Shown one piece after another: positions 16,343 to 26,657 of a DNA stretch of 42,035 bases. Where the stretch lies: NCBI GenBank assembly GCA_045046875.1, contig JASFYY010000126.1:1-42035 (forward strand). Reading direction: 5' to 3'. The notes beneath the pieces are model-generated. The model ran no database searches. It saw only the letters and a list, made by a program, of their open reading frames with translations, and had not been told where the DNA came from. Positions within the stretch are counted from its first letter, which is position 1. Each line of letters starts with the position of its first letter. The stretch is from Verrucomicrobiota bacterium. Lineage in GTDB: Bacteria > Verrucomicrobiota > Verrucomicrobiia > Verrucomicrobiales > DEV007. Position numbers and translations under genes: made by a program.

Positions 16343-17305
16343 TCACTTTTTCGCTGCCACTGGTAGGGACATCATCTGCAGGGGGACATACCCTCGTTTT
16401 TGTAACAGGTCGATGACGCTGCCTTTGCCGATGAGGTGGCCGGTGCCGACAATGAAAAGTACGTTTTCACTGCCGAGGAAAGCTTGTTCGATTTTGGGGA
16501 TCCATGACTGGTTGCGTTTGTCGATCAGTAAGCTTTTTAATTTGGGGTCTTCCATGAACTCTTCGTTGAGCAGCTTGTCCATTTTTTTGGTGTCGCCGAC
16601 TTTCCACGCATCAATCAGGCCTTTGAGGATTTTTTGCATGTCATCGATTTTCTCGAGGGTGGCGCGTAACATGCGGTCCTGTTCGCGGTCGTTGAGTTTG
16701 TCAAAAAGGGTGACTTGAAATTCGACGGTTTCCAAGCCGGCGGAGGGTTTGCCGTCCTTGAGCGATTTTTGGTGGTATTTGACTTCGAGCCCGAGATCGG
16801 CCCGCGCGCCCATGCGCATCGCTTCCATCGAGGACAGGTTGATCGACAGCAGTCCGGGTTTCATTTGTTCGAAGAGCAAGGTGGGTAGGCCGCGACTGGT
16901 GAGATGGGCGGCGAGTAGCCTGAAGGTTCCGGGGCTGACATGGCGGCGCAGGGAGTCACGGGCGGAATAGGTGCCGAGCTTTTGCATCCGCTTGATGGTT
17001 TTGGGATCGTTCATTTCCTCCATGTCGATCTCGAAAAACAATCGGGAGCTGTCTTCGTAGGCGATGTCATAGGCGCTGGGCAGAGGGTAGTCTTCCTGAC
17101 GCAAAAGATGAACGGATCCCGCGATGTAAACGGTGTTGCGGCTGCCTTGGATTTTCCACACGCAGGCGAGTTGTGGCTCTTGCGAGGTGGTAGGCTTTTC
17201 TGCACTGTAGAGCGTTGTCGCAAAAATACCCAGCAGGAACAGATTGGCAAAAATATAAGGTGGGAAACTCATGGATGAATCAAAGCGGGGAAGGTAACTG
17301 TTCAC
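16343..17305 (-). CDS. TraB/GumN (Tiki-like) family protein
   Basis: YIAGSVH, FEID, GLETVEFQ, RNQSW, VGTGHLIG motifs; signal peptide. Start may be ATG 17272. Confidence 0.88.
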   Translation of the reverse strand: MNSYLPRFDSSMSFPPYIFANLFLLGIFATTLYSAEKPTTSQEPQLACVWKIQGSRNTVYIAGSVHLLRQEDYPLPSAYDIAYEDSSRLFFEIDMEEMNDPKTIKRMQKLGTYSARDSLRRHVSPGTFRLLAAHLTSRGLPTLLFEQMKPGLLSINLSSMEAMRMGARADLGLEVKYHQKSLKDGKPSAGLETVEFQVTLFDKLNDREQDRMLRATLEKIDDMQKILKGLIDAWKVGDTKKMDKLLNEEFMEDPKLKSLLIDKRNQSWIPKIEQAFLGSENVLFIVGTGHLIGKGSVIDLLQKRGYVPLQMMSLPVAAKK

Positions 17306-17354
17306 ACAGGGAGGTCAGCGTGTCGCCTGATAAATTCGGGTTTAGGCTGAGGGC

Positions 17355-17894
17355 CTATTCGGATTTATCCTGTAATCGCTTTTGCACCGGGGATTGGTTT
17401 TGCTTCAGGTGAGCCTGGGCTATGAGGGTATCCTGGTAGTGCATCGACAGGCTGTATAAGATGGTTCGGCCTGAGAAGACGATGCAGACCACGGCGAACA
17501 ACAGGCCTAGGCGGTTGCGTCGTGGACCGATCATCGCAGCAAATCCTGCGGTGATGGCGACTACGAGATACAACCATAGATGGGCTTGGCGGTTTTCGGT
17601 GATCTCTTTGAATTGTGCCGCCCGTGCCGGGGCCTCGATTTTATAAACCTGCTCGATGCGTTGCTGGGCTTTTTGGCGCAGGGTAAGATAAGGGAAGATG
17701 GTCAGAGCGGACAGCGCAATCAGACTAAGCGTCAGAATCTGAAAGGGGGTATTATTGATAATATAGGCAATGATGATGCCCAGTGCTCCGAGAGTGATGC
17801 CGTAAATAAAAAGGGGTTCCAATAAAAGATAGAGGTAATCGCCATCTTTGAGTGGGGAGATGAGTTCGGTGAAGCTGGAAAAAAATGAGTTCAT
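17355..17894 (-). CDS. Hypothetical membrane protein (about 4 TM)
   Basis: 179-aa ORF, four hydrophobic segments, co-oriented downstream of ruvB. Confidence 0.7.
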   Translation of the reverse strand: MNSFFSSFTELISPLKDGDYLYLLLEPLFIYGITLGALGIIIAYIINNTPFQILTLSLIALSALTIFPYLTLRQKAQQRIEQVYKIEAPARAAQFKEITENRQAHLWLYLVVAITAGFAAMIGPRRNRLGLLFAVVCIVFSGRTILYSLSMHYQDTLIAQAHLKQNQSPVQKRLQDKSE

Positions 17895-17940
17895 TAATCA
17901 GACGAGCACTTGAGTTACTTGTGCCGGAATCAAGTGGGCC

Positions 17941-18975
17941 CTATAAAGGCAGGTCTTTTTGCGAATCCTTTTGCAGCTCTTGCGGTGGTTCGGTGCCGAG
18001 CCTGGCATAAGCGGCGGGCATGGCGATACGTCCGCGATGGGTGCGGTTGAGGTAGCCTTGCATGATCAGGTAAGGTTCGTAAACTTCTTCGAGGGTGGAC
18101 TCGTCTTCGCCGACGGCAACCGCCAGTGACTTGAGACCGACCGGGCCACCGCCAAATTTGTAAATAATGGATTCCAGCAGGCGCACATCGGTTTCGTCCA
18201 GACCGTCGGCATCAATTTCGCGCATTTTGAGGGCATCATCAGCGACTTGAGCGGTGATGATATTGTCTGCTTTGACCTGGGCGTAGTCCCGGGTCCAGCG
18301 CAGCAGTAAGTTGGCGATACGCGGAGTGCCGCGCGAGCGGCGGGCGATTTCCATAGCGCCATCGGCTTCGATAGAGATGTCGATGAGGCCGGCGGAACGG
18401 ATGATGATTTTTTGCAGCACCTCGGCAGGGTAATAATCGAGCCGGTTGCTCATGCCGAAGCGTGAGCGCAAGGGAGCGGTCAACATGCCTGCCCGGGTGG
18501 TGGCTCCGACCAGGGTGAAAGGAGGTAGGCTGAGTTGAATCGAGCGAGCGCTGGGCCCCTGGTCGATGATGATGTCCAAGCGGAAGTCCTCCATCGCGGG
18601 GTAGAGGTATTCTTCGATGGCGGGGTGCAAGCGGTGGATTTCGTCGATGAATAGGAAATCGCCGTGTTTGAGATTGGTCAGGATACCTGCCAGATCGCCG
18701 GCTTTTTCGATTTGCGGGCCACTGGTGCAGTGCATTTCACTGCCAAATTCATGCGCGAGGATGTAGGACAAGGTGGTTTTGCCTAATCCAGGAGGTCCAC
18801 TGAGAAGAACATGGTCCAAGGCGTCATTACGTTGCTTGGCAGCTTGAACCATGAGCATCAACCGCTCTTTGACCTTTTCCTGACCGCTGAATTCAGAAAA
18901 ATCCGGCGGTCGCAGGCTGCGGTCATACTCCGTTTTCGGAGCCTCGGTATTTTCAGCGTAGAAGTGTTCGCTCAC
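17941..18975 (-). CDS. ruvB: Holliday junction branch migration helicase RuvB
   Basis: [53 protein letters not shown]. Start set to GTG 18975; the upstream ORF extension is AT-rich intergenic DNA. Confidence 0.97.
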   Translation of the reverse strand: MSEHFYAENTEAPKTEYDRSLRPPDFSEFSGQEKVKERLMLMVQAAKQRNDALDHVLLSGPPGLGKTTLSYILAHEFGSEMHCTSGPQIEKAGDLAGILTNLKHGDFLFIDEIHRLHPAIEEYLYPAMEDFRLDIIIDQGPSARSIQLSLPPFTLVGATTRAGMLTAPLRSRFGMSNRLDYYPAEVLQKIIIRSAGLIDISIEADGAMEIARRSRGTPRIANLLLRWTRDYAQVKADNIITAQVADDALKMREIDADGLDETDVRLLESIIYKFGGGPVGLKSLAVAVGEDESTLEEVYEPYLIMQGYLNRTHRGRIAMPAAYARLGTEPPQELQKDSQKDLPL

Positions 18976-19372
18976 AGGGTGAAGGTTAGTTGAGGTTGGC
19001 CGGGTAGGGAAGTTTAGCGGAAATTTATGATGAAACGGCGGAGACAAGCTATTATGGCGCCAGTATTTTTGAGAAAAAGATAAATTTTTAAAACTGAGAA
19101 AAAGTAAAGGTATGCGAAAATTCAGTCGAGTCGAATAAAGAATTGGGCGCACAAAGCTTGTTAAATTAGTAAAAAATAAGCTGGCAATTTATTTAAGATT
19201 ACTTAATAGTTATAAAAGTTAAAATTATCGTAACTGAAACTTGAATTAATTGATTCTTGACCTTTGGTTGATATTTCCCGACAAGAGTCGGAACGCATTC
19301 GTCACGAGGAGTGGCTGAATGCGTATTTGACGTACTCACGATTTCTGTTTTTACACCATATACTGAAAAAGG

Positions 19373-21691
19373 ATGAAATTTAACAAAACTGGCTCATTAC
19401 TGCTGAAAGGCGCTGTTGCTCTTTGCGCAGGACTTATCATGCAGCTCGCTGTGACTGGAATAGCTCTGGCCCAGGAGGTGGGAGTAGCTAAGACGGTTCG
19501 CAAAATAGAAGTTCAATATGTAGGCACGGCGACGGTGACCGAGGATCGTATCCTTTCCAGATTGTCGACTAAAGTGGGCGACCCTTTTTCCCAGGCTAAA
19601 GTGGATGAGGATATCAAAAAACTTTATTCCGGTGGGGATGTGGAGAATATCCGTATTCTGGCTGAGCCCCAGGGTGACTCTGGAGTGCGCTTGATCGTGG
19701 TGGTGCAGACACGGGCGATGTTGGGCTCGGTGGATTTTCGAGGCAACTCGGCAGTGAGTACTAAGAAGTTGAGCAAAAAAGTGGATTTGGAAGTGGGGGA
19801 ATCAATTGATATTGCCCAAGTTCAAGAGGGGCGCACAGCGATTCAGGAGACTTATCGTAAGGCGGGTTATCCCGAGGTGTCCGTTAATTACACCATTGGT
19901 GCTCCGAATGCGCAGGGTTTTTCTACTCTGACATATAATGTGGACGAAGGTGGCAAAGGGGTGCTGCGCAAGGTGGAGTTTATTGGCAACGAAGTTTTTA
20001 AAGCCAAGGTTCTGCGTAAGCAAATGGAGCAGCAGCAGAAGGGTCTGTTCAGCATGTTTTCCAAAAAGGGTCGCATTGATGATGACATGATGGCAGACGA
20101 TGTGCGTCGAATTGAAGATTATTACCAGGACTTCGGTTATTTGAATGCTCAAGTGGTGGACGTGCGCCGGGTGCGGGTGGATGAGAAAAACATCGACTTG
20201 GTGATCACCATTGAAGAGGGAGCTAAATTCTCCGTGGGCAGTGTGACGGTGAACGGAGTGCGGGTGATGTCGACCGATACGGACGTATCTCCTTATATCC
20301 AAGTGAAGGCGGGTGAAGTTTACTCGGGTCAGAAGCTTAAATCAGACATCAAGATGATTCGCGACCTTTACGGGTCGCAGGGTTATGCCGATACCCGCGT
20401 AGAGCCGCAATTGACTGGCGGTGAGGGCGAAGAGGTGAATGTGACTTATTCGGTGACCGAAGGCCGTAAGTTCAACCTGGGCAAAATCAATATCGCGGGG
20501 AATCAGAAAACCCAGGACCGTGTGATTCGTCGTGAAATGGCGGTCAACCCCGGAGAGGTCTATGACACGGTGCGAATCGAAGCGACCCAGGCGCGTTTGA
20601 TGAATCTGAATTACTTCTCATCTGTGGATGTGTTGCCAGTGGATACTTCCTACATCGACGTGAAGGATTTGAATATCACGGTGACAGAGAAACCAACGGG
20701 AACGGTTAACTTTGGTGCCGGTTTCAGCTCGATTGATAGCCTGGTTGGTTTTGTGGACGTGACCCAATCTAATTTCGATTTGCGTAACTGGCCTTCAATG
20801 ACCGGAGCGGGACAAAAATTCCGCGCGAATCTGCGTTACGGCACCCAGCGTCGGGACTTCTTGATTGGCTTGACCGAGCCATGGTTCATGGGGCGTCGCT
20901 TGGCTCTCGGTGGAGAACTTTATTATCGCGATTTGTTCTTCTTGAGTGATTACTGGGATCAGAGTGAATACGGCGGTGATATTTTCCTGCGTAAGCCGAT
21001 TGGAAAGTTTGCTTATGTGCGTGGCGAATACCGCTTGCAGAATATTACAATCAGCCCGGATAGCGATGCTTCTCCGACCATTCAGAGTGAGGAGGGAAGC
21101 TTTGTGCAGAGCACTTTTGCAGGAACGGTGGTTCACGATACCCGTGATAGTTTGTTCTTGCCGCGTAACGGCCACAAACTGTCTGGAGGTCTTGATTATT
21201 CAGGACTGGGCGGGGATGTTGAAACCTATGGTATGCAATTAAGCGGCTCGCAGTATTTTGATCTGCCTTTTGATACTATTCTGAGTGTCGTCGGGGCATT
21301 AAACAGCGTGGACGGCAGCGGCAACGTACCTATTTTTGAAAGGGAGTTTCTTGGTGGTGCAAACAATCTTCGTGGTTTTGATTATCGCGAGGTGGGTCCC
21401 AAGGATATCAATGGTGAGGCGATCGGTGGGCAGACTTCGTGGTACACCACAGTGGAATACACTTTTCCTATGATTGAAAAAATTCGTGGAGCCTTGTTTT
21501 ATGATGTGGGTGCGGTGAGCGTCGACGCATGGGATGTGGGTGGTGATGTCAATTCCAACTGGGGTATTGGTCTGAGGCTCTTCATTCTTGGAGGAGCTCC
21601 TATTCAGCTTGATTACGGTATTCCTATTCAAGCGGATGAGTTCAATGATTCGGGTGGCCGCTTCAACTTCACGATTGGATACCGTTTCTAA
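19373..21691 (+). CDS. bamA: Outer-membrane protein assembly factor BamA
   Basis: Signal peptide, five POTRA-like repeats (e.g. GNQKTQDRVIRRE), LGGANNLRGF loop, C-terminal F; followed by skp-lpxD. Confidence 0.97.
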   Translation: MKFNKTGSLLLKGAVALCAGLIMQLAVTGIALAQEVGVAKTVRKIEVQYVGTATVTEDRILSRLSTKVGDPFSQAKVDEDIKKLYSGGDVENIRILAEPQGDSGVRLIVVVQTRAMLGSVDFRGNSAVSTKKLSKKVDLEVGESIDIAQVQEGRTAIQETYRKAGYPEVSVNYTIGAPNAQGFSTLTYNVDEGGKGVLRKVEFIGNEVFKAKVLRKQMEQQQKGLFSMFSKKGRIDDDMMADDVRRIEDYYQDFGYLNAQVVDVRRVRVDEKNIDLVITIEEGAKFSVGSVTVNGVRVMSTDTDVSPYIQVKAGEVYSGQKLKSDIKMIRDLYGSQGYADTRVEPQLTGGEGEEVNVTYSVTEGRKFNLGKINIAGNQKTQDRVIRREMAVNPGEVYDTVRIEATQARLMNLNYFSSVDVLPVDTSYIDVKDLNITVTEKPTGTVNFGAGFSSIDSLVGFVDVTQSNFDLRNWPSMTGAGQKFRANLRYGTQRRDFLIGLTEPWFMGRRLALGGELYYRDLFFLSDYWDQSEYGGDIFLRKPIGKFAYVRGEYRLQNITISPDSDASPTIQSEEGSFVQSTFAGTVVHDTRDSLFLPRNGHKLSGGLDYSGLGGDVETYGMQLSGSQYFDLPFDTILSVVGALNSVDGSGNVPIFEREFLGGANNLRGFDYREVGPKDINGEAIGGQTSWYTTVEYTFPMIEKIRGALFYDVGAVSVDAWDVGGDVNSNWGIGLRLFILGGAPIQLDYGIPIQADEFNDSGGRFNFTIGYRF

Positions 21692-21755
21692 TCGACGGTT
21701 TCCAGGTAGGCGGGGTGATGTGGATCACCAGGTTTGCCCAGACTTTCTGCAATGG

Positions 21756-21780
21756 ACGCAATCTTAGGGTTGCGTTTTTT
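21756..21780 (+). terminator. Intrinsic terminator-like hairpin after bamA
   Basis: ACGCAATC-TTAG-GGTTGCGT followed by a T run. Confidence 0.6.
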
Positions 21781-21880
21781 GCTTTTTGAGGCGTTGGTGG
21801 CACGCCCACTCTTGCCGAGCCTATTTCGGAGGGAGAAGGAGGCGATTTTGTAAATAGCAACCAAACAAACTGACTCGATC

Positions 21881-22486
21881 ATGAATGTGAAATTTTTATT
21901 AAGTGTATTGCTGGCGATGACTTTTGCCGGGGTATCAACAGCCTCTGCGCAGGGTATCAATATTGGTGTCGTTGACATGCAGGAATGCCTGAATAAATAC
22001 TACAAAACCAAACTTAAAGTGAAAGATGTCGAAGCCCAGGCTAAAGGCAGTCGGGCTAAGTTGGACGAGAGAATTGCTGATTTTAAAAGGATCCAGGTTC
22101 GTCTGGCCGAGTTAGATAAAAAAGCTCGTGATACAGCACTGAGCCAGGAAGCTCGTCAAGGAGCTGCGGTTGAAATGCAGCAGTTGGTGCAGGAAGGCCG
22201 CGCCAAGGAGCGTGAGCTTCAGGAAGCTCAACGCAAAGCGCAGGGTGAACTGCTGAATGCCCGTCAACAGATGGAAAAAACTTTGGTGGAAGAAGTTCGT
22301 GTTATTGTCGACGGAGTTTCCAAAGCCGCAGGTCTCGACATGGTGATCGACAAGTCCTTTTTGCCACGTGGTAATAAAGTGCTGGTGATGGTCACTGATA
22401 AAGTTCCGGATTTGACCAAGGACGTGATAGCGACCTTGAACAAAGACGCGCCCGCCGAGGCTCCGGCAGCTGAAGAAAAGAAATAA
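21881..22486 (+). CDS. skp: Periplasmic chaperone Skp/OmpH
   Basis: Signal peptide, IGVVDMQ, long coiled coil, GLDMVIDKS, DLTKDVI; between bamA and lpxD. Confidence 0.92.
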   Translation: MNVKFLLSVLLAMTFAGVSTASAQGINIGVVDMQECLNKYYKTKLKVKDVEAQAKGSRAKLDERIADFKRIQVRLAELDKKARDTALSQEARQGAAVEMQQLVQEGRAKERELQEAQRKAQGELLNARQQMEKTLVEEVRVIVDGVSKAAGLDMVIDKSFLPRGNKVLVMVTDKVPDLTKDVIATLNKDAPAEAPAAEEKK

Positions 22487-22495
22487 GTGAAACGG

Positions 22496-22524
22496 ATCGC
22501 GTCATGAGAATGGCGCGATTTTTT
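22496..22524 (+). terminator. Intrinsic terminator-like hairpin after skp
   Basis: ATCGCGTCAT-GAGA-ATGGCGCGAT followed by TTTTT. Confidence 0.7.
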
Positions 22525-22597
22525 GCTTTTGGGGCTGTTGGACTTTTGGCAAGCTCGAAAGGCAATGGCTTGCTCGACCTGAATATTTTGACGCCCT

Positions 22598-23653
22598 ATG
22601 GAACTGACCTTGCAAGAGCTTGTCGAATTGATCGGCGGCAAGTTGGTTCAAGGTCAGCCGGACTTGAATCTGAATGGATTTGAGTCACTCAAAAACGCTC
22701 GTGCCTGTGATGTGAGCTTTTTGGATAACAGTGATTATGCAGACGCTCTTGCCAGCTCTAAAGGTGGGGCGGTGATCATTTCACAGGCTTTGCTGGGCTT
22801 GATTGAAGCCCCGGAGGGCATGGCTCTGGTGGAAGTTGAAAATGCCGCGACCGCGTTTGATTTGGTGGTGCGGAAATATGGTGCTCCCACAGTTGAATTT
22901 TGCGCAGGCATTCATCCTTCTGCAGTGATCGGCGAGGGAGCTCGTCTTGATGCCAACAAGGTTGAGATAGGCCCGAATGTGGTGATCGGCGAGGGCGCAG
23001 AGATTGGGGATGGCACCAGGATAGCGGCCTGCGCTACGGTGGGTTTAGCAGCGGTGATTGGTAAGGATTGTGAAATCGCTGCGAATGTTTCTATTCGCGA
23101 AGGTAGTCGTTTAGGTGATCGGGTGATTATTCACAGCAGCACGGTGGTCGGGGCGGATGGTTTTGGTTTTGAGTTTTTCAATGGGCGTCACCAAAAGGTA
23201 GAGCAATTGGGCATTGTGAGAATCGAAAATGATGTGGAGATCGGTGCCTGCACGACAATTGATCGTGCCCGCTTTGGTGAAACTGTGATAGGTGAAGGCA
23301 CTAAGATAGACAATCATGTACAAATTGCGCATAACGTGCTTATTGGAAAACATTGTATTATTGTTTCACAAACCGGTATTGCGGGCACCTGCATTATTGG
23401 CGATTATGTGACGATGGCGGCTCAGGTGGGTATCGCGCCTCATGTTGAAATTGGCGCTCAGGCTGTGCTGGGAGGTGGAGCCAAAGTGATTTCCAACCTT
23501 GAGGGGGGAGGCACTTATTTTGGTTATCCGGCAGTGCCGATGAAAGAAGATCTGCGCATCAAGATGTATCTCAAACGTTTGGGTAAATTATTTGGCCGGG
23601 TGAAAAAACTCGAGCAGAATGCGGCGGCGGTATCGGAAAATTCGTCCGAGTAA
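22598..23653 (+). CDS. lpxD: UDP-3-O-(3-hydroxyacyl)glucosamine N-acyltransferase
   Basis: Hexapeptide repeats; GADGFGF, EIGACTTIDR, TKIDNHVQIAHNV. Confidence 0.97.
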   Translation: MELTLQELVELIGGKLVQGQPDLNLNGFESLKNARACDVSFLDNSDYADALASSKGGAVIISQALLGLIEAPEGMALVEVENAATAFDLVVRKYGAPTVEFCAGIHPSAVIGEGARLDANKVEIGPNVVIGEGAEIGDGTRIAACATVGLAAVIGKDCEIAANVSIREGSRLGDRVIIHSSTVVGADGFGFEFFNGRHQKVEQLGIVRIENDVEIGACTTIDRARFGETVIGEGTKIDNHVQIAHNVLIGKHCIIVSQTGIAGTCIIGDYVTMAAQVGIAPHVEIGAQAVLGGGAKVISNLEGGGTYFGYPAVPMKEDLRIKMYLKRLGKLFGRVKKLEQNAAAVSENSSE

Positions 23654-23775
23654 TCAAGCTCGTTGGGGAATAATTTTTAACCACTGAAAAACTCGCCTGT
23701 GAAGGCAGGAAAAGTGGTTTTTAGTAGAAAGGGCGCTCTCGCAAAGGCACCAGATTCAGCTAAGGATGGCAGGTC

Positions 23776-25170
23776 TTATAAAGGGATCACTTCGCCGGGG
23801 GCGGCGATGGTGATGGTGGATTCGGGCAGGTCTGCACTGAGAGTTTCTTGGAACCACTGGCGGGCTGGTTCGTCGCCGTGCACCAGGATCACCTGTTTTG
23901 CGGCTACTTGACGGGCGTAGTCTCGTAATTCACCGCGTGTGGCGTGACCGCTGAAATCGAAGCGTTCGATCTGGCAGCGCAAGGCGATGGGGGAGCTGTC
24001 TTCATCGAGTTGGAACTCGTCCTCATCGCGAGCGGCCAGGAGGCGTCCGCCCGGGGAATCCTCAGCCGCATATCCGACAAAGAGGATCGAGTTGCGTTCG
24101 TTGGGTAGGATGTTTCGGGCGAAAGCGTGGGAAACGGTGTTCTCGGTCATCATGCCGCTGGAGAGGGCGTAGATGCGGCCGCTGTCGTAGGGGATGCTGC
24201 GGTTTTTGTCCTTCTTTTTTCTTTTTTTAGAAGCGACAATCAGATCCATTCCTCCAGATAAAAACCGGAAACCGCGGTGGTTGCGGTGGGCGGTATCGGC
24301 AAAACGGTCATGGGTGACCGTCATTTTGGTGGTGAGACCTCCGACATATACGGGAATATTTGAATCGAGTTGACCCGACTCTTTGAGTTGGTGAAGAATG
24401 AGTAATAACTCCTGGGATTTGCCCATGGCAAAAAGAGGGATGAGAGTGGAGCCGCCCCGGTCGATGGTTTGGCGAATCGCATCAGCCAAGCGGTCGATTT
24501 CTCCCTGACGGGTGTAATCCGTGCGGCGGGGAGCAGCACCACGGGTGGTTTCGGTGATCAATACATCGATACCCTCGGTGGGGAATTGGGCGGCTTTGCT
24601 CAGGGTTTGGTCTTCAAAGTGAACATCTCCGGTGTAAAAGACGGATTTGCCTTGGCATTTTAACAGAACTCCAACAGAACCGAGGATGTGACCGGCAGGG
24701 AAAAACTCGCAGGTGATTTCGTCGTTGTGGCCGCAGCGGAAAGGTTTTTGCGAAGCAGGGGTTTCCCAGTCTGCTTGGATGGCATTGATTTCGCCGTGAG
24801 TGAAGAGGGGGAATTCGGGGATGTCGAGTTCGTCCCGTTGACTGGTCATGACGTTGACCGAATTGTGCAGTAGTGAGTCAGTCAATTCACGGGTTTCCTC
24901 GCTCATAAAAACCCGGGCGCCGGGCTGATCGCGGATTAAGACCGGAAGGGCTCCAGCGTGATCGAGGTGGGCGTGGGAAAGGATGATGGCATCGATCGAA
25001 TCGTAAGGCAGCTGATTGAAATCCGGCAAGTTGTCAGCGCCTTCGCGTTTGGGGTGGGTGCCTGCGTCGAGAATGATGCGGCTGTCGCCCATTTCCAGCA
25101 GGTAACAATTGGCTCCGATATCAGTGGCTCGGGTCAGGCTTTGGAATGAAAAGGATGGGATGTCAGGCAC
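23776..25170 (-). CDS. Metallo-beta-lactamase/beta-CASP ribonuclease (CPSF73-like)
   Basis: SHAHLDHAG, AGHILG, YTGD, FSGHA, VHGDE. Start GTG 25170 or TTG 25188. Confidence 0.9.
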   Translation of the reverse strand: MPDIPSFSFQSLTRATDIGANCYLLEMGDSRIILDAGTHPKREGADNLPDFNQLPYDSIDAIILSHAHLDHAGALPVLIRDQPGARVFMSEETRELTDSLLHNSVNVMTSQRDELDIPEFPLFTHGEINAIQADWETPASQKPFRCGHNDEITCEFFPAGHILGSVGVLLKCQGKSVFYTGDVHFEDQTLSKAAQFPTEGIDVLITETTRGAAPRRTDYTRQGEIDRLADAIRQTIDRGGSTLIPLFAMGKSQELLLILHQLKESGQLDSNIPVYVGGLTTKMTVTHDRFADTAHRNHRGFRFLSGGMDLIVASKKRKKKDKNRSIPYDSGRIYALSSGMMTENTVSHAFARNILPNERNSILFVGYAAEDSPGGRLLAARDEDEFQLDEDSSPIALRCQIERFDFSGHATRGELRDYARQVAAKQVILVHGDEPARQWFQETLSADLPESTITIAAPGEVIPL

Positions 25171-25301
25171 AGGGGGATTGTAGGGCAAGGCGCAAAAGAA
25201 GCGAGAAGAGAGTTGCGGGAGCTGCAGAGTAAGCGGCGGCTCAGGGAGTTCGTCGCGGTCGTTAAGAGCCTTGGTTTAACAAATTCTCCAAGTTGTTTTT
25301 C

Positions 25302-26543
25302 TCAATCGATCAGATTGTCCTTAACAATGGACTTCGTGGCGTCTCCCAGGCTGATTGCCTCAAGCGGAGGGTCTGTGCGCCGGTTGAGGTCGGTCATGAT
25401 GTTGTTCGTCACCAGAATAGCATGGCATTTGCCAGAGCCTTTTACCGCTGCCGCAGCCAGACCGGTGAAACTGTTACTGGAAATCGTCACATGTTTACTG
25501 CCTTCCAAAATGATGCCGGTGCCGATGTCGATTTGCATTGGGCTTTTGCCCTCTGTCGGGCGTTTGTCCTTGCCTGATCCGATGTAGGTATTGGTGAATT
25601 GGTTTCCGCTCAGGGTGATGCGTCCGCTTTTGCCGCTCAGTTTAACTGCAAAGTCATGGGTGAGTACAAAGGTGTTCGCTGAAATGGCACAACCATTGGC
25701 ATCGCGCAGATCGATGCCGCCTTTTAAATGATGAGTGATGACGTTGGCACTGATGGTGATGCCGTAACAATCGCGGTCGAGAATGATTGCGGTGCCGTTG
25801 CACTCTTCGATCATATTGCCTGATATTACCGAGCCGTAGGTATTTTCAATCACAACACCATTTCCGAGGTGATCATCGAGATTGTTGCCATTCATGCAGA
25901 GATTAAAGGCATCAATACAGACAAGCGCGTCCTGGTTTTCTTCAAAGTGATTGGCATTGACAATGATATCGTGACAGCCATCGATGAACAAACCTGCCTT
26001 TTTGTTGTAGGTTAAAATCGAGTCGGAAACACGCGGGTCTTCGTAACAGTCTATCAAGGCGATACCATGGCCGCCGTTGTGGTCGATAGACATCCCTTGG
26101 AGGTAGATTTCCTGTATTGCTTCAGCATGAATACCGTCTCCGCTCTTTTCGTTGCCGCTGATGCGGAAGTTATCAAATTGGATTCGCCAGAGACGTGCTT
26201 TTGGATCGGTTTTACGTGTGGCGGGTTGAACCACAAAGGCCGGTAACCCATCGGTGTTGATATTTTTGATGTGAGTCGAAGGGCCGCTGCCTTCGATACG
26301 GGTTTCGGCCGTTTTGATTCGCAGGGGCTGATTGATTTCCACGGTGCCAGGGGCGAGTCTCACCAGTCCCCCGGATTCAGGCAGGGCATCCAGCGCTGCT
26401 TGGATCGAAGCATGGTCACTGGCGAGAATCAGAGCGGGTGCAATGCTCTTTTTTGGATCAGGCTTTTCTTGTGCGTGGCTGGCGGTGAAGAATAACGGCG
26501 AAGCCAGTGCGCAAAACATTCCGAGGCGGAGTAGTAGTTTCAT
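25302..26543 (-). CDS. Secreted right-handed parallel beta-helix protein
   Basis: Signal peptide, SIQAALD start motif, repeated I-S-[GA]-N-x-[IF] coils. Confidence 0.82.
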   Translation of the reverse strand: MKLLLRLGMFCALASPLFFTASHAQEKPDPKKSIAPALILASDHASIQAALDALPESGGLVRLAPGTVEINQPLRIKTAETRIEGSGPSTHIKNINTDGLPAFVVQPATRKTDPKARLWRIQFDNFRISGNEKSGDGIHAEAIQEIYLQGMSIDHNGGHGIALIDCYEDPRVSDSILTYNKKAGLFIDGCHDIIVNANHFEENQDALVCIDAFNLCMNGNNLDDHLGNGVVIENTYGSVISGNMIEECNGTAIILDRDCYGITISANVITHHLKGGIDLRDANGCAISANTFVLTHDFAVKLSGKSGRITLSGNQFTNTYIGSGKDKRPTEGKSPMQIDIGTGIILEGSKHVTISSNSFTGLAAAAVKGSGKCHAILVTNNIMTDLNRRTDPPLEAISLGDATKSIVKDNLID

Positions 26544-26657
26544 AGTATGGGGGGTAGTTTGGATGCCTCGTTAAAAGAGGCTGAAGCAGAATATTCGATG
26601 CGTATCGGTGGGCTGTCTAGAAAAAACCTCCGCTGGTTTAGGGCTACAGTTATCAAT

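Noticed and set aside
18976..19152. 59-aa N-terminal extension of ruvB
   Set aside because: AT-rich divergent promoter DNA; RuvB similarity starts near GTG 18975.
23776..25188. MBL/beta-CASP gene as an anti-phage or resistance gene
   Set aside because: It has the complete ordinary beta-CASP RNase motif set and no defence-type partners nearby.
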